A program made the position numbers and the translations under genes. DNA of 64,000 bases from Trichoplax adhaerens. Taxonomy: Eukaryota; Animalia; Placozoa. The DNA lies in the NCBI RefSeq assembly GCF_000150275.1, contig NW_002060948.1, forward strand, positions 2,844,180 to 2,908,179, given 5' to 3'. Below the pieces are notes generated by a model that saw only the letters and a list, made by a program, of their open reading frames with translations, ran no database searches and was not told where the DNA came from. Below are positions 27,266 through 52,700 of the stretch, piece after piece (position 1 is the first letter of the stretch; each line of letters begins with the position of its first letter).

Positions 27266-28125
27266 ATTATTACATAAGGATAGCAGTATTCTTAAGATTT
27301 GCAATAAACATTAATTTTATATATTAATAAATTATTGACGTAGCGTAGCATATGCGTAGAAAACTTTCTCCACTCCCTATTTACGTTATTGTAAATTAGA
27401 AAATTCCGTCGAAAGATCTGGCTTTCCGTCTCCAATATAGTTAATAATTCTAATCTTATGTTATAATTGTTAAATCTATATGATAATCAATCTCAAACAT
27501 TGTGATGAAACTTTTGTGTTGAGCGTATTCAGTAATTGGTGGTTAATTACTCCTTGGGCTATTTCATGTAAACGGCGAACTGATGAAGGTTTCAATACAT
27601 ATTATAAAAAAATTTGTAATGTCCTCGTGTATGGTTCTCAATTATCATGACCACTATAAGAGTAACTGATGAAGACTTAAAATAGCGCTCTGTTATTTAT
27701 TATACTTAGGCAGTACACGTAGCTACGGAAACACAACAAATTCAAAAAATGCCATATAAAATCGGTAGAAATAAAGAACCAAATCTTGCTTAACGGTATT
27801 ACATAGAACTAAGGTATCTCTTTAAGCAACAGTTATTAAATTACATTGCCTCGATTCATATAAATAGTTAGACGTTAATTAAAATATTGGTATTAAACGA
27901 GAAGATTACTATTGTTAAATAATTACAATCAGAGTAACCCATAACAACAGTGGCAAATCAATTAGAGCGTTTAAATCAATGCTAAAGTAAACGATATTCA
28001 CAAAACAAAAAGAGTTTAATAGAAAAGTTTTATAGTCATTTTGAGATATTAATGCCTTTGAAATGTTTGATACTAAAACTTCCTGACTGGATGATATCGT
28101 TTTGTAGGTATTGTTTTAAAGAGTT

Positions 28126-40512
<12,387 letters not shown>

Positions 40513-41415
40513 GACCAAGCCAATGAGCCACTGCAAGGATGATTTTTTGGAATGGAGAGCCAAAAACGATGATGGAGAAATACAAAATGTCAGCGGCTTG
40601 CTAATAGACAGCTTGAATGGAAAATGCCTTTCCTCCGTCTAGTCAGCGACGTCCTACCACAGTCCGTCTGACACTACAGCCATGATACGGTATCGGAAGA
40701 AATAGGGACCGGACCGGTACCAGCACACCGGACTAGTAACTTTGACTCATCGAGACTGACCCGTGGGCAGAGTGACCCGCGACATATATGTCACAGTCTA
40801 TATGTCATATATATTTGCGTACTACTCATCATGTACAGTAGACTCAGTAGTACACTGAATCATGGAGTCCATCCCTACGTCAGTCTATCTGAAGTTGAAT
40901 GCATCAACTCTGACTGACGACGTCTGATCATCATCATATTAATTCATTCATTATAATAGAGCTTTGTGTGTGAAAACTCTTGAGCAATTCGCAGTTACTG
41001 CGCACAATCGATATCTTTCTGTGGCTGCTTAACCATGCTCATTGGTAATGCGCAGAAGTATGAGACTGCGTATTTTATTTACTCTCTAATACGCAGAATC
41101 GTAAGATTGATGAGAAGTGGAAGAAAATCAAGTAGCAAGTTTCGCAACATGCCGATTTACAACTACTGCGCACAATCGACATCTTTCTGCGGCTGCTTAG
41201 TCGTGCTGAATGGCAATGGAGGCATCTTGGCCTCTGCGCCAGATCAATTGATCCTGTACACGATTTCGATGAGGACAATATACTAATGGAGTATGCAATT
41301 TCACTGTTGCGGTTCGCTATTTCAAACGGTATGCCATTTCTGTCATGCCTATCGATGGAGAGATGAACACCAATACGCGGCCATTTTTTGACTAGTAATT
41401 ACAATTAATGATTGG

Positions 41416-41679
41416 CAGCTAGTGTTCAAGACATGTAGTCCAAGTTTGATGTCAAAATAGGCTGGATCAAGTGCATTCGACGGACCCAGGACATTTTTCT
41501 ACTACAGTACAGTATATCATGCTGTATACAAATAGGCAAAAACAGTCCAGCTAGTGTTCAAGACATGTAGTCCAAGTTTGATGTCAAAATAGGCTGGATC
41601 AAGTGCATTCGACGGACTCAGGACATTTTTCTACTACAGTACAGTATATCATGCTGTATACAAATAGGCAAAAACAGTC
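41416..41679. repeat. Near-perfect 132-bp tandem duplication
   Basis: 41416-41547 and 41548-41679 are identical except one C/T (GGACCCAGG vs GGACTCAGG). Confidence 0.95.
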
Positions 41680-42232
41680 CAGTAGCTTCGAGCTGTCCAT
41701 CGTCTATTTTGCAGCTATCCTGCTATTCAGTTGGATAGAAAAACGACAGAGTATCGTCTGTATTCAAGGTTGGCTTTAGTTGCGCGCCATCATACAGTAC
41801 ACTGCTATATAACATATAGATATACGTATATATGTTACGTACAAGTCTGCAATGCAATGAACTTGTCCAGCAGGAGAGGAATGCATGAGAAAAGCGCCCT
41901 AGACAGAAATGCCACCTCGATCGATTGATTTAATAGTAGCTTTACATACAATAGCTGGTCGACGGTGCTGATCATAATGTGCTATACTGTACAGTGTACA
42001 ATATTCATACAGCATGGCGCCTATTTTTACTGGACCAGATGATCAAGACCTCGAGTCGCATCAATCAGAACCAATCGTCAGTCTCGGACATGACAAACTG
42101 CTAAGACGTAGGCAAATTTCTAGTAGTCCTTGATTAAAGAGCATCAATGAGTCATGTTGTGTTCTAAGTGAGTACACATGTATGCAAAAGTATTTTCGGT
42201 TCTAGTCAGATCCAACAGCTGCCGGCAGCCTG

Positions 42233-42398
42233 TAGCCTTTTATGACCTTCTTGTTAGTTTAGCTGTATCTTCATCAAGTGCATAAAAACGTATTAACGTC
42301 TTGTCCTCTTCTCTTTAGCCTTTTACGACCTTGTTAGTTTACTTTTTTAGCTGCAGCATCTTCATCAAGTGCATGAAAACGTATGAACGTCTTGTCCT
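42233..42398. repeat. ~83-bp imperfect tandem duplication upstream of TAF10
   Basis: TAGCCTTTTA.GACCTT..TTGTTAGTTTA...ATCTTCATCAAGTGCAT.AAAACGTAT.AACGTCTTGTCCT occurs at 42233 and 42316. Confidence 0.85.
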
Positions 42399-42511
42399 GT
42401 TGTCTACAGTCTACAGTCTACGACAGTACAGTACATTGTATTGTAGTCAAGGTCCGTAAAATGGACCGTTGTAGTGTACTGTCTCATTCACTAGGTAAAG
42501 CTGGTAACAAA

Positions 42512-42520
42512 CGCCATTTT
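42512..42520 (+). promoter_or_regulatory. YY1-type motif CGCCATTTT ~60 nt upstream of the TAF10 ATG
   Basis: Exact match to the YY1 consensus CGCCATNTT. A second GGCCATTTT lies at ~41379. Confidence 0.4.
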
Positions 42521-42577
42521 AACAGACCTTGTCAGCAGCGATTGGAAAATCAAGCAATCTGATCGGGATTACCAGCA

Positions 42578-44177
42578 ATGGCGTCTTTGTCGACGTCGGA
42601 CAACAATTTAACATCATCGTCAATAACTACACAAAGTTTTGATAGCTTAACTACATCATCTAAAAAGGATGTACTCTCCTCTCAAGCCAAAAATGATAAA
42701 ACCAACAGCCATACCACCGTAACTTCGACTGCTTCCAATACGACGTCGAAGTTTAAAAACGCCAGCAGTGCCACTCATGCTGCAATGGGTGAAAACAACG
42801 CACAAATTGGTGGTATTCGCTTAGCTCAATTTATACAAAACATCGATGATTATACACCAACGGTAAGACTTGACCATGTTGTTATCAAGGATCTTGCATC
42901 TTACACAATGTCCACGACTTCAACTTGTACTACATGTGAACCTAAACTTTAGGGGATATTGCATAAGCATGACATTGATCTGTGCTGGACAACTGCACAG
43001 GCTACGACCAGAAATAAAATCGATAGGATCAAATAATGAATTCTTCTTCATGTCGGGGGACGTTCACAGTTTGCATTCCACCAAGGATACGTAGAGAGTT
43101 TAATCAATGGTAGACAAAGAGCCTAGGCAGTATTTGAAATTATCATATGTTATGCATTCTAAATGGTCACATACCACAGATTTGTTAGGGGAACGACACG
43201 AATGAGAGAATGAAATACTTAGTCGAGTGGCTCAACAGCACACTACGAGTGTTACAGTCTGAAACTTTTTCCATCAAAAATCATCAACTAGAAGAATTTT
43301 ATGGATAAGAGTCATAAATCTATCAGGGCTCGATCTAACAACGCATCATACAGTATACTGTATAATAGTCGGATATTCTGTTAATGTAGCGATCGATTGA
43401 ATTCTACCCATACATTATCTGCGTCGTTTGATATAATATTATACCGTACAAGATGGCTTTAACCTAGATAGATTGTTTTAAATACTTACTATTCGAGCTC
43501 TCACTCGACGGTCGATATTCTTTCCTTGGAGGATGGCAAATTCGGCCGTATTCAGTAATCTTGTGCTGTCATGATATTTAACTTACACTAACTTTAGATA
43601 TATCAACAGCATAGCTGTAGCTGTATACACGGTAGTTCTTTGTAAATGACGATAGCCCCGCTTTAATTAATCATGAAAAGATTGGTTGTGATCTTGACAC
43701 CCAATCTACAAAATAGAAACATAATAATATAAATGATATCCAGATCAAGTCCATCATATCCTTAGAGAATGCATATGAAAATGAGTTATAGATGCTATTT
43801 TATATGCACCTTCTAGATACCCGATGATGTGACTACCTATCACCTAAATCGCGCTGGCTTTGATACCACTGATCCTCGTGTCATTCGCTTAATATCTTTA
43901 ACTAGCCAAAAATTCGTATCTGATATTGTTGGTGACGCTATGCAGCAATGTAAAATGCGTAGTAGCAGCCAAAACAACAAAAAAGGCGCAAAGGTTTGTT
44001 GAAAATTCAGTTTTGCCTTTAGATGGAATCTAGTATGTACAATGTGATACTTAATTGTGCCTGATTGCCATTCATACCATCACGCAGGATAAGCAATATT
44101 GTTTGACTATGGAGGATTTGGCCGCTGCAGCTAATGAATATGGCATACACATCAAGAAACCACACTACTTTAGTTGA
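42578..44177 (+). CDS. TAF10: Transcription initiation factor TFIID subunit 10, 3 exons
   Basis: Exons 42578-42862, 43817-43993 and 44088-44177. S/T-rich N-terminus, then DDYTPT|[48 protein letters not shown]...[24 protein letters not shown], the TAF10 histone-fold signature. Confidence 0.95.
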
Positions 44178-46380
44178 TAGAAATTGATCAGACTTACCCG
44201 TGACTGTCTCTTGGAATCATAAGATCTACATATTTTCATACATAACTGAATACTGTTCGAATACGCAAAATATGGCTACTCGGAGCGATGCTTGGTTCAG
44301 TAATGGACAAATTCGTATATCGGCAATGGATCAGTTTTGTTGTTGTTGCAATTTTGTTGGTATCTGGTGAAGGCTGGGCCGTAATCTTGACATGCAATCT
44401 CGTTATAGGGTTATCAAAGTTCATCTGATTACTCGTGTAAATGAATTATGCTATAAAGTTACGTTGTACCTAGTACGTTCCTATACATGCTTTAAATTCT
44501 GTTTAAGACATTGTTCCCTATAATTATATCCAAGACATTAATGTATTGAATATTCTAATTTAGTACTAATGTATATCAAGACACAATTGTAACTATCGCA
44601 TACTTCGAATAATGTTGTTAGGAAGAGTATGTGCACCTATTAATTTTTGGCCGTAACAGGGGTATGTAATTAATTATCAGCCTGGCATTACAGTAAGTGC
44701 CACGTCAGATTCGATAGACCTGTATTTTGTCTCATAGCTATAGATGATAGGGTAGTTTGTATAACTGTTTGCTTGAAATGTTGAATAAATTATGGCTTGA
44801 ATTAGCAAGTTTTCTTACTACTCTGTTGACAAGATGTTGAAGTTGAAACAAAATTATGATGGGTTGTACTAACCTTCCTTCTAATTAGAAATTGTCTTCA
44901 AAAGCATTATTGACTTTTGAATCCAAATTACATATCGTTGACAGCCTCGATTGAGTTAAATTTTAAGACTACATATTTGAATTATTATTTCCTGTGAGGA
45001 ATGTACTTAAAAATGCATCGTTATTATATACAGTATTATGATCATAAGGTTAAAAAGATTATCAACAATTTCTTAGTCTCATTGAAACGATTTAAGTACA
45101 CGCATGATGAATCTACACCAAAATTCAACAACAATCAATTTTTCTCTTCCATCATACTGCTGTATATACATAGTACAGCCTAGTACAACCATCATATTGT
45201 AGACTTTGGTATTTTCCATAACTTATAATGGGACTATTTATTGAATCTGCGAAGTACTGTATTTACGAAAGGGGTATCGCCTGAGCTATTGAATATGTGA
45301 TAGATAAATAGCGAAATTCAATAACGAATTTTTCTCTTAATCGTACTACTGCCCATGGCAAGTACAATTATCATAATACTGTATAACTTTTGATATTTTC
45401 CATGCTTTATGATGTAGCTGATTATAATTATTGAATTTGTGCCGTATTTATGGGAATACATCTCGACTTATTCATCTGAAAGTTAATGATTGATGGTAAT
45501 TGTATTTACTAGCCTTTATGTTAAGCCCCGATCTTACAATCAGTTGCATACATACTGATAGTAATTTTATCCAAGTCTTCTTATATTTGCTGCAAATAAA
45601 GATAAGGACGTACATCCGTTTAAATGAAATATGGATTATATAATTTTTATTTCGCCGTAGTTTAAAAGCCGGTGCAATTTCTTATCAAAACTTTACCTGC
45701 ATATTATGACATTAATTCATGTTTGTACTATTATATATGCACTGGAATGTGATTGCGTATGTCGTATATAAGTAATATACGCGTATAAACAACTTGAGTA
45801 TCATTTGGCAGAACATCTCGTCAATTAAATCTCGAATGGAAATGTAGTATTGTGTAAATAGCTTTGGCATATGCCAAATACTTTACTGAAATAAAGTATG
45901 AGCGCATCAATCCTCAGACTTTTTGTGTTGCAATAACTTGAGTACAATGAGAATATGTAATGTGTATGTACATCTTCATATAATCTACTTTATACGCTTT
46001 TACTATTTAAAGTATTACTCTGAAACTGTAAGCGACATATCTGGTATTACCTACATTACCTTTACTGATTACGCTGTTAGTGTAGGAATGCCAGAACATT
46101 ATACAGTTAACCTAGGCTTGCCTTCGGCCGTAGTACGGCAATACTAGCCTGCGTAGAGGAATTCCTCTTACCTCTACGATACATCATTGCAAGCATGAAT
46201 CAATACCGAGCGTTATAATATATTGCTGATTTTACTATTGGAAGAAGAAAATAATAAATCTCACATACACTGGGCTTATATAGCTCCCGTAGACTATGAA
46301 AGATGTTTAGTAGTACTTAGGCAGTCAATGTTTCTTCTGCTCTTTTATGACAGACGCGTAATAATCTAGCCAGAGTTTAC

Positions 46381-46394
46381 ATTGCCATGGCAAC
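46381..46394. promoter_or_regulatory. RFX X-box upstream of FHAD1
   Basis: ATTGCCATGGCAAC matches the palindromic X-box GTTGCCATGGCAAC at 13/14 positions, ~310 bp upstream of the ATG at 46707. Confidence 0.7.
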
Positions 46395-46706
46395 AACGTC
46401 AGCCTAAGAGCATAAATCATACTAGCACTTTCATATAGCTTACAGTTAAAGAATAAAGAACTATTAATATTTGGTACGATATCATCTAGTATACTGTACC
46501 GTATATTATAAGAGATATATTGTGGCTTATACTATGATGTGATACAGTATATAAATACATACAGTTGTAAATTTACCTTAAAAAATTTGATCGTATTTAC
46601 TGGTAATACTTGTGGAAATAACTAGGTTTTATGACCCTCCAGAGCAGTACTAACAAATTCTTGATCCCTAAGTAGATACCTAGCGAAATTGTATTTAATT
46701 GACGAT

Positions 46707-49700
46707 ATGAAGGGTTACTTGAAATCTAGCGATGGGCTTTTTCTCCTAGATCCTCGTTTCACAACGATCGGCAGGGACAACTGTGATCTACTACTACAGG
46801 TTGGTTTCAAAATTCACACTAAGGGCACTTAATATCGGTGATAGAACAAGCATAAATCTGCTATAAAGTAAAATCTAATCTTAATAGCTATTCATCTATG
46901 TAAAATATGAAGGTCTATATAATGTATTTTAATAGTACAAAATGGAATACGAAATAAATGTATTGGGAAGATATAATTCATACTCCTTGTAGATTTAACA
47001 TTAACTATCACAAAAATGAAAGAAATTTATCAGTCATTAATTATTTTCGCTGATAGTACAAGATCATGGCAATGTCAGATATTCATTCATAGATAGCTAA
47101 ATTAAAATGATATGGTGTTACTGTCCAATAGCTATTCAAGAGTAACTGTATATAATATTAAAGTAAGTCATCCTAATATACTGTATCTTGCAAATTTCGC
47201 TGTAGTCACCTAACCTGGAACGACGACATGCTATCATCGAATACCATGATAGCGATGGGCACTACTATCTACGAGATCTGAATACTGCTAATGGAACTTA
47301 TGTTAACGACAAAGTTATACAGAATGGTTACATTCAGCTTGCACCTGGTGATATTTTAAGATTCGATTTTGATGGCATCGCTTTTCAATTTGATACTGAT
47401 GAGACGCTAACTCACTTAGCGCTCGCTGTAAGGAAATTTTCTATACATTAATTTACTCCATTATTTTTATTTTTTTATCTTGCAATTTTCGTTATCAAAG
47501 AATATCAGTCATGATAGACTTTTATGATACCTAAGTATCAGCAAATTTGATTATAAATCTATTGACGCCGTAAGTTGATTAAATAGATTTTGGTTACGTC
47601 AATTTTATTATCAGGGTAACCGACAGCAAACTTTAGTAACAGAACAATCTCCGAAAGCTATACATCCAATGAATCTAGGTGCCAATTTTACTGCTACAGC
47701 ACACTTACCGCAGATACATTCCAATTCTGTCGTGAAACAGCAGAGATCAGGATCATTGCCTGGCTCACGGACTCAACCTGTAAGTTATTCTTTTACCAGT
47801 TCTTGGCTACGGTAATAAAATTAGCACATAATATAATATCAATGATATCATTATAATAGTAGATATGTTATCCTCTAAAGTTGTATTAATAATTTTGAAC
47901 TATCCTGACTGCTTATTAATAGACAAACTTAGTCCCACGACCTCCATCGCGTCCTCGCCCTTCAAGTGGTAGCAGCCATAGGTATAGTGATGTCGGAATA
48001 ACACCACCGCTAAACAGCACATACACTCAATCAGTATTTAATCAAGCAAAAAATGGTTGGATCGGCTCTGCAGGTAGTAATAGCTTCCATGGCAGTAACG
48101 ATAGCTTGAATAGTATTTCTAGGAATGATGATGTTGGTGATGCACGAAATAAGGATAGCATTATAAGTAGCTTAAGAAGGCAAGTTGGGGATTTAAAGCA
48201 TCAAATTGAGTTAAAGAATCAATCTATTATCGATGTGAATGATAAGTTAATAGCATACGAAGGACAACTAGAGAGTACAGCCACTGCTGTTGATCATCTG
48301 AAATCGGAGGTATACAATATCATCTTGCAAGTGCTTCAGTTTTTTTCTACGATTTGAAGCTTTTGGTATAGTGCAAATATTTCTATTGCTCACTAAGAGA
48401 TATAATAATTATGAAATTATTTAGATTATGCGTCCACAACAAAGAGAGAATATTGCTAATGAGAGCACTTTTATGACATCCTCACAACAACAATTACAGC
48501 CCCACACTCTAAACGTTGACAAATTAATGAAAGAAATGCAACACTATCGTTATTCTTTGCATGATTCGGCTCAAAATGTTAGTAAACTAAGGCAGGAAAT
48601 TGATTCTAAGAACGGAATAATAGCAGATCTTAAGGAGGAAGTTAGTAGGGTAATCAATGAACTTAATGAACGAGAAGTAACTATTGCTGCTGTTAATGCC
48701 AAGGTATCGATATTGATGATTTAGTAAGCTTAGCAATATTTTATCTAAGACAATACAACATTAATAAGCAATAATATAAAGTTTTTAAATTAAGATTTGG
48801 ATGTATTGTTCAAACTTTAATTCAATTTCATTATTTAATAAAAGTTGGCACGCTTAAACGAAAATGCAGAATTCGAAGCTTCATTAGAAAAAGAACGTCA
48901 AGAGTACAATTCTATGAAACAGGTATCAAGACATTACTTAATTTTGTAGATGTAATCTAATCTTATATTCTGGTAGCAGTTGATCTTTATTTGTTATACG
49001 TATGGAGACAAACATTTATTCTATGATTACGAAAATGACCAATTTCAGTTACCTAATGATTATTATTTAATTCAGAAATATAAGTCGAATGTTAAGGAGC
49101 TAAATGAAATTACTGAAAAATTTCATCTGAAGTCTGAGGAGGTCAAAAGACTAAATACCCTTATTATAGAATTAGAGCAGGTATACAAAGATGGAATATA
49201 CATATTTTGATATAACTATAAAGATGGTTATCATTTAATACGAGCCTCAAAATGTATTTTTTAAATACAATGATGTGCATATCATGAGAATATAATATTT
49301 CTTTTGAAATTATTACACTTCTAAATCATACGTAATAACTGAAAGAACTATCATAACTAAAAAGGTAAAAGATGAACATGAAGCTAAGAAATTAGAATTT
49401 TCGGGGGCGCAAGAAGAAGCAAAACATGCCAAACTACAGTATAGCATAGCGCAAACGAAGGTAAGCCCCTAAGATTTAAATTTTACTGATATCAGGCGTT
49501 ACATCAGATTAATCTTGAATACTTGGGCATTTCATTACTTTCCTATGTTGCAATCGACTACTAGCATGAGCGATTAAGAAAACATTTACTCCATGAGTTA
49601 TTTGCTGATGGTCAACGGCCGTCCCAAAATATGAATGATTGCAGCGATGATGAAATTATTCAACTACTATCTCAATTACGGAAGCAAAATATCGATAAAG

Positions 49701-52700
49701 AACAAACTATTGATTATATCTCGTCGAAGAATGAAGCTGTAAGTTGAAATTCAATGGTACTGTACTATCCCACTATGTTCTGTACTGCAGTATCTATTAC
49801 TTGATAGGACAAATTTTACATACTGTTGTCCAGGGTATATTAAAAGTTTCTAAATACCTCATAGGTTTAAGCAATATTAATATTCGGCTGCCATTTTTTT
49901 TAATTTTAATATTAAAGTTAAAATCGCAAGTGGATAATTTTATAATCGATTCGAAGATGCTCCAGGAATATTTTAAGCGTTCTACGGTAATGTAGGATAG
50001 GAGAATTAATTATTGAATTTAAGAATGATTATTACGATATTATATCTCTTACTACCAGTTTATTAGAGTTTCGCTGTTCTAATGAATCTTTTATTCTATA
50101 GGATCAAATTTTAGATGCACAATTCTCAATAGCAACACTTAAACAAGAACAGAGTAAACTAAATGAATTAGAACTATCAGAAGATATAAATTGGATTAAA
50201 GTGAGTTCTTCTACAGCTTTTAATACGATATCTAAATTTTTTCCGTATGCAATCATGAATTTCAGCGTTAACTGCAGTTCCTGTAAATGACTACATTGAT
50301 CATACTCAAGAGTATATTTAATGCAACCTCCATAATATACTTCGAATTAGGAAAGCACAAATAACTTGCTACAGGGACAAATCATTTGGTGCGAGGCTAT
50401 GGAAGTAGCTCTAACTGATGCAGGATTTGATGTCCATAATGGACATAATCCTTGCGAAGCAATTGCTGATCTAAGCAGCAAACTGCAGCAAGAAAGTAAC
50501 CAAAGTAAATTCTTCAGAGATAGGTAAATAACCGCAAATATCTTACTCTGAGGAGATTAAAATGACGAAAATATTCAGTAAAGTGATGTACAATACTGTA
50601 GCCATCTAATTTGTTATTTGAACCCTTGCAAATATTTAGATGCAAAACAGTTCAAGAAGAAAATGAAATAGCTATGCAAAGCGCTATTAACACCACCAAA
50701 CAGCAATGTCAGGAAGAACTGGAAACGTTGGTCGCCAAATTAAAAGAAGATCATAATAAAGAACTATCTGAATTGAAAGAGACATACGTTAAAGAAAGTC
50801 AGGAAAAATTGGAACAGCAATCACGATCTGATTTAGAAAAATATAATCAGTTAAATGTGGTAAGGTTTTATTTTGTTGAATAGGTGTAATATTGATAGGG
50901 TATGTTGCATTACTACATCCTTATGATCTTGGTAGAATCTAAATATCGTACTGTGTATGATGATCTACTCGTATGTCGTATTTTAGGATTATCAAAAGGA
51001 TTTAAATGACATGGAGTTAATAAAAGGACAGCTTGATTTAAAAAGTACTGAGATCAGCCAGTTAAATGACGAAAAGGTATTCTTAAAATATCCAGTTTGG
51101 ATTAAGCACGGTGATATCCGTCTAATTCGTATATTATACAGGATTAGGCAATCGCCAGCTTTGAATGGAATCATTTTGTTATTTATGATTTATTTGAAAT
51201 AATGCTATATCTGATAATCGTAAAGGTAAAATTGGAAGAGCAATTAGTTAGCAATCAAAACGAACATCAAAAAAATTTGGACCATGTTCAACAGGAACTT
51301 AATGAAGCTAAATTGAATTACGAAAACGATATTAGCAAGTATAGGGTGAGTAATTGCATTTGTGTAGTTATGAGGTCTGCGTAATTTTATAGTTTTCATT
51401 TAAAAATTTGTTACATACTTTAAGTAATGACATTCATCATTTTAGGAAGAAACTCGTCAACATGCATTGACTATTGTTGCAATGGAAGATAAGTTGATAA
51501 CGGCAATTAATGAAAATGTCCAGCTCAAGGATCAAATTGTGGAATTAAAACAACAAAGTAAATAACTATAGACTTATCTAATCTGTATAATTATGATTTA
51601 TTATTGTAGTAATGTTTTATTATTAAAAGAAAAATGTAATTAGAAGGTTCCTTCTGATTAACATTAGATACTTTACGGCAAAACTGTATACGTTTGCGAG
51701 TCATCATCAGATGATTTAAGCCTAATATTCGTTTCTTTTTTTATTTCTATATTAGTAATTACTCAGAGAGAAGTACCGGTTATTCCTCGCTCTCCTAGCC
51801 CAACGATACCTCAAATACAGTCGGATATTGATAAATTGGAAGAACTAGTCACTATTTTGAGGTACAGATAGACTAAATAGAATGTCACCTGAGGTATTCG
51901 ATAGGAATCAAATAATAAATGACATCCGATGATTATTTTTAAAGAAATTCGCAAGCTTTAAGTATTTAATTTTGTTGCTTTATATAATCAGACGAGAATT
52001 ATTAGAGGCGAAGAAAGAAATTCAAGTTCGTGATGACATGATATCGACATTAAATAAAGATTTAGCCGGAGCATCTGCTAAATTAACCGATATGACCGGC
52101 GAATTGAATGAGCAACAGAAGCTAGAACTACAACATCATAGGCAACGTCTTACTGAGGTTAATAATGAGTTACAACAACAAAAGGATCAAATACTGAAGG
52201 TAATGACAGCTTGAATAATTAAAAGGATTTCCGGATTGCAATTGCAAACACTGTATATCTAGAAATATTGGGTGGTAGCATTTTGATATTAGAATTGCTA
52301 AATTTAATTCTAAGCCTTAAAAATGTACTTTTCTTGATGTCAACGATACAAAGATGTCGGAATTAGTTGACCGGCAGCAAAAGGAAATGGAAAAGGACAA
52401 GGCTGATTTAAAGCGTTGCTATAAGGTTATTAATCAACTCAAGAATCGTACTAGTAGCATCAAAGAGGAAACAATAGCGAATAATGACCAACATTCATCA
52501 GAAAAGGAGCACTTAGAGAAGCAGCTTCAAGAGTATATGAAGAAGGCGAGGACTAACTTGATTAGTAGTGTTTTACTTAATATCTTAGTTTTGCATCATT
52601 ACCATTAATTATCGTCGATAAGTTCATTCTGCCTTATCTAAACTTTATTTATTATGCTGGAAAATATTGTCAGCTATCAGATTCTGATGAATTTGTTAAA

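Noticed and set aside
40513-40563. ORF-track N-terminal extension of the glucosidase
   Set aside because: It begins at a non-ATG codon. The ATG at 40512 (GTCATGG context) gives a typical short type II cytoplasmic tail.
46127-46147. Hairpin + CTAG as a Helitron 3' end
   Set aside because: It is followed by C rather than the expected T of the A|T target, the spacing is short, and no 5' end was identified.
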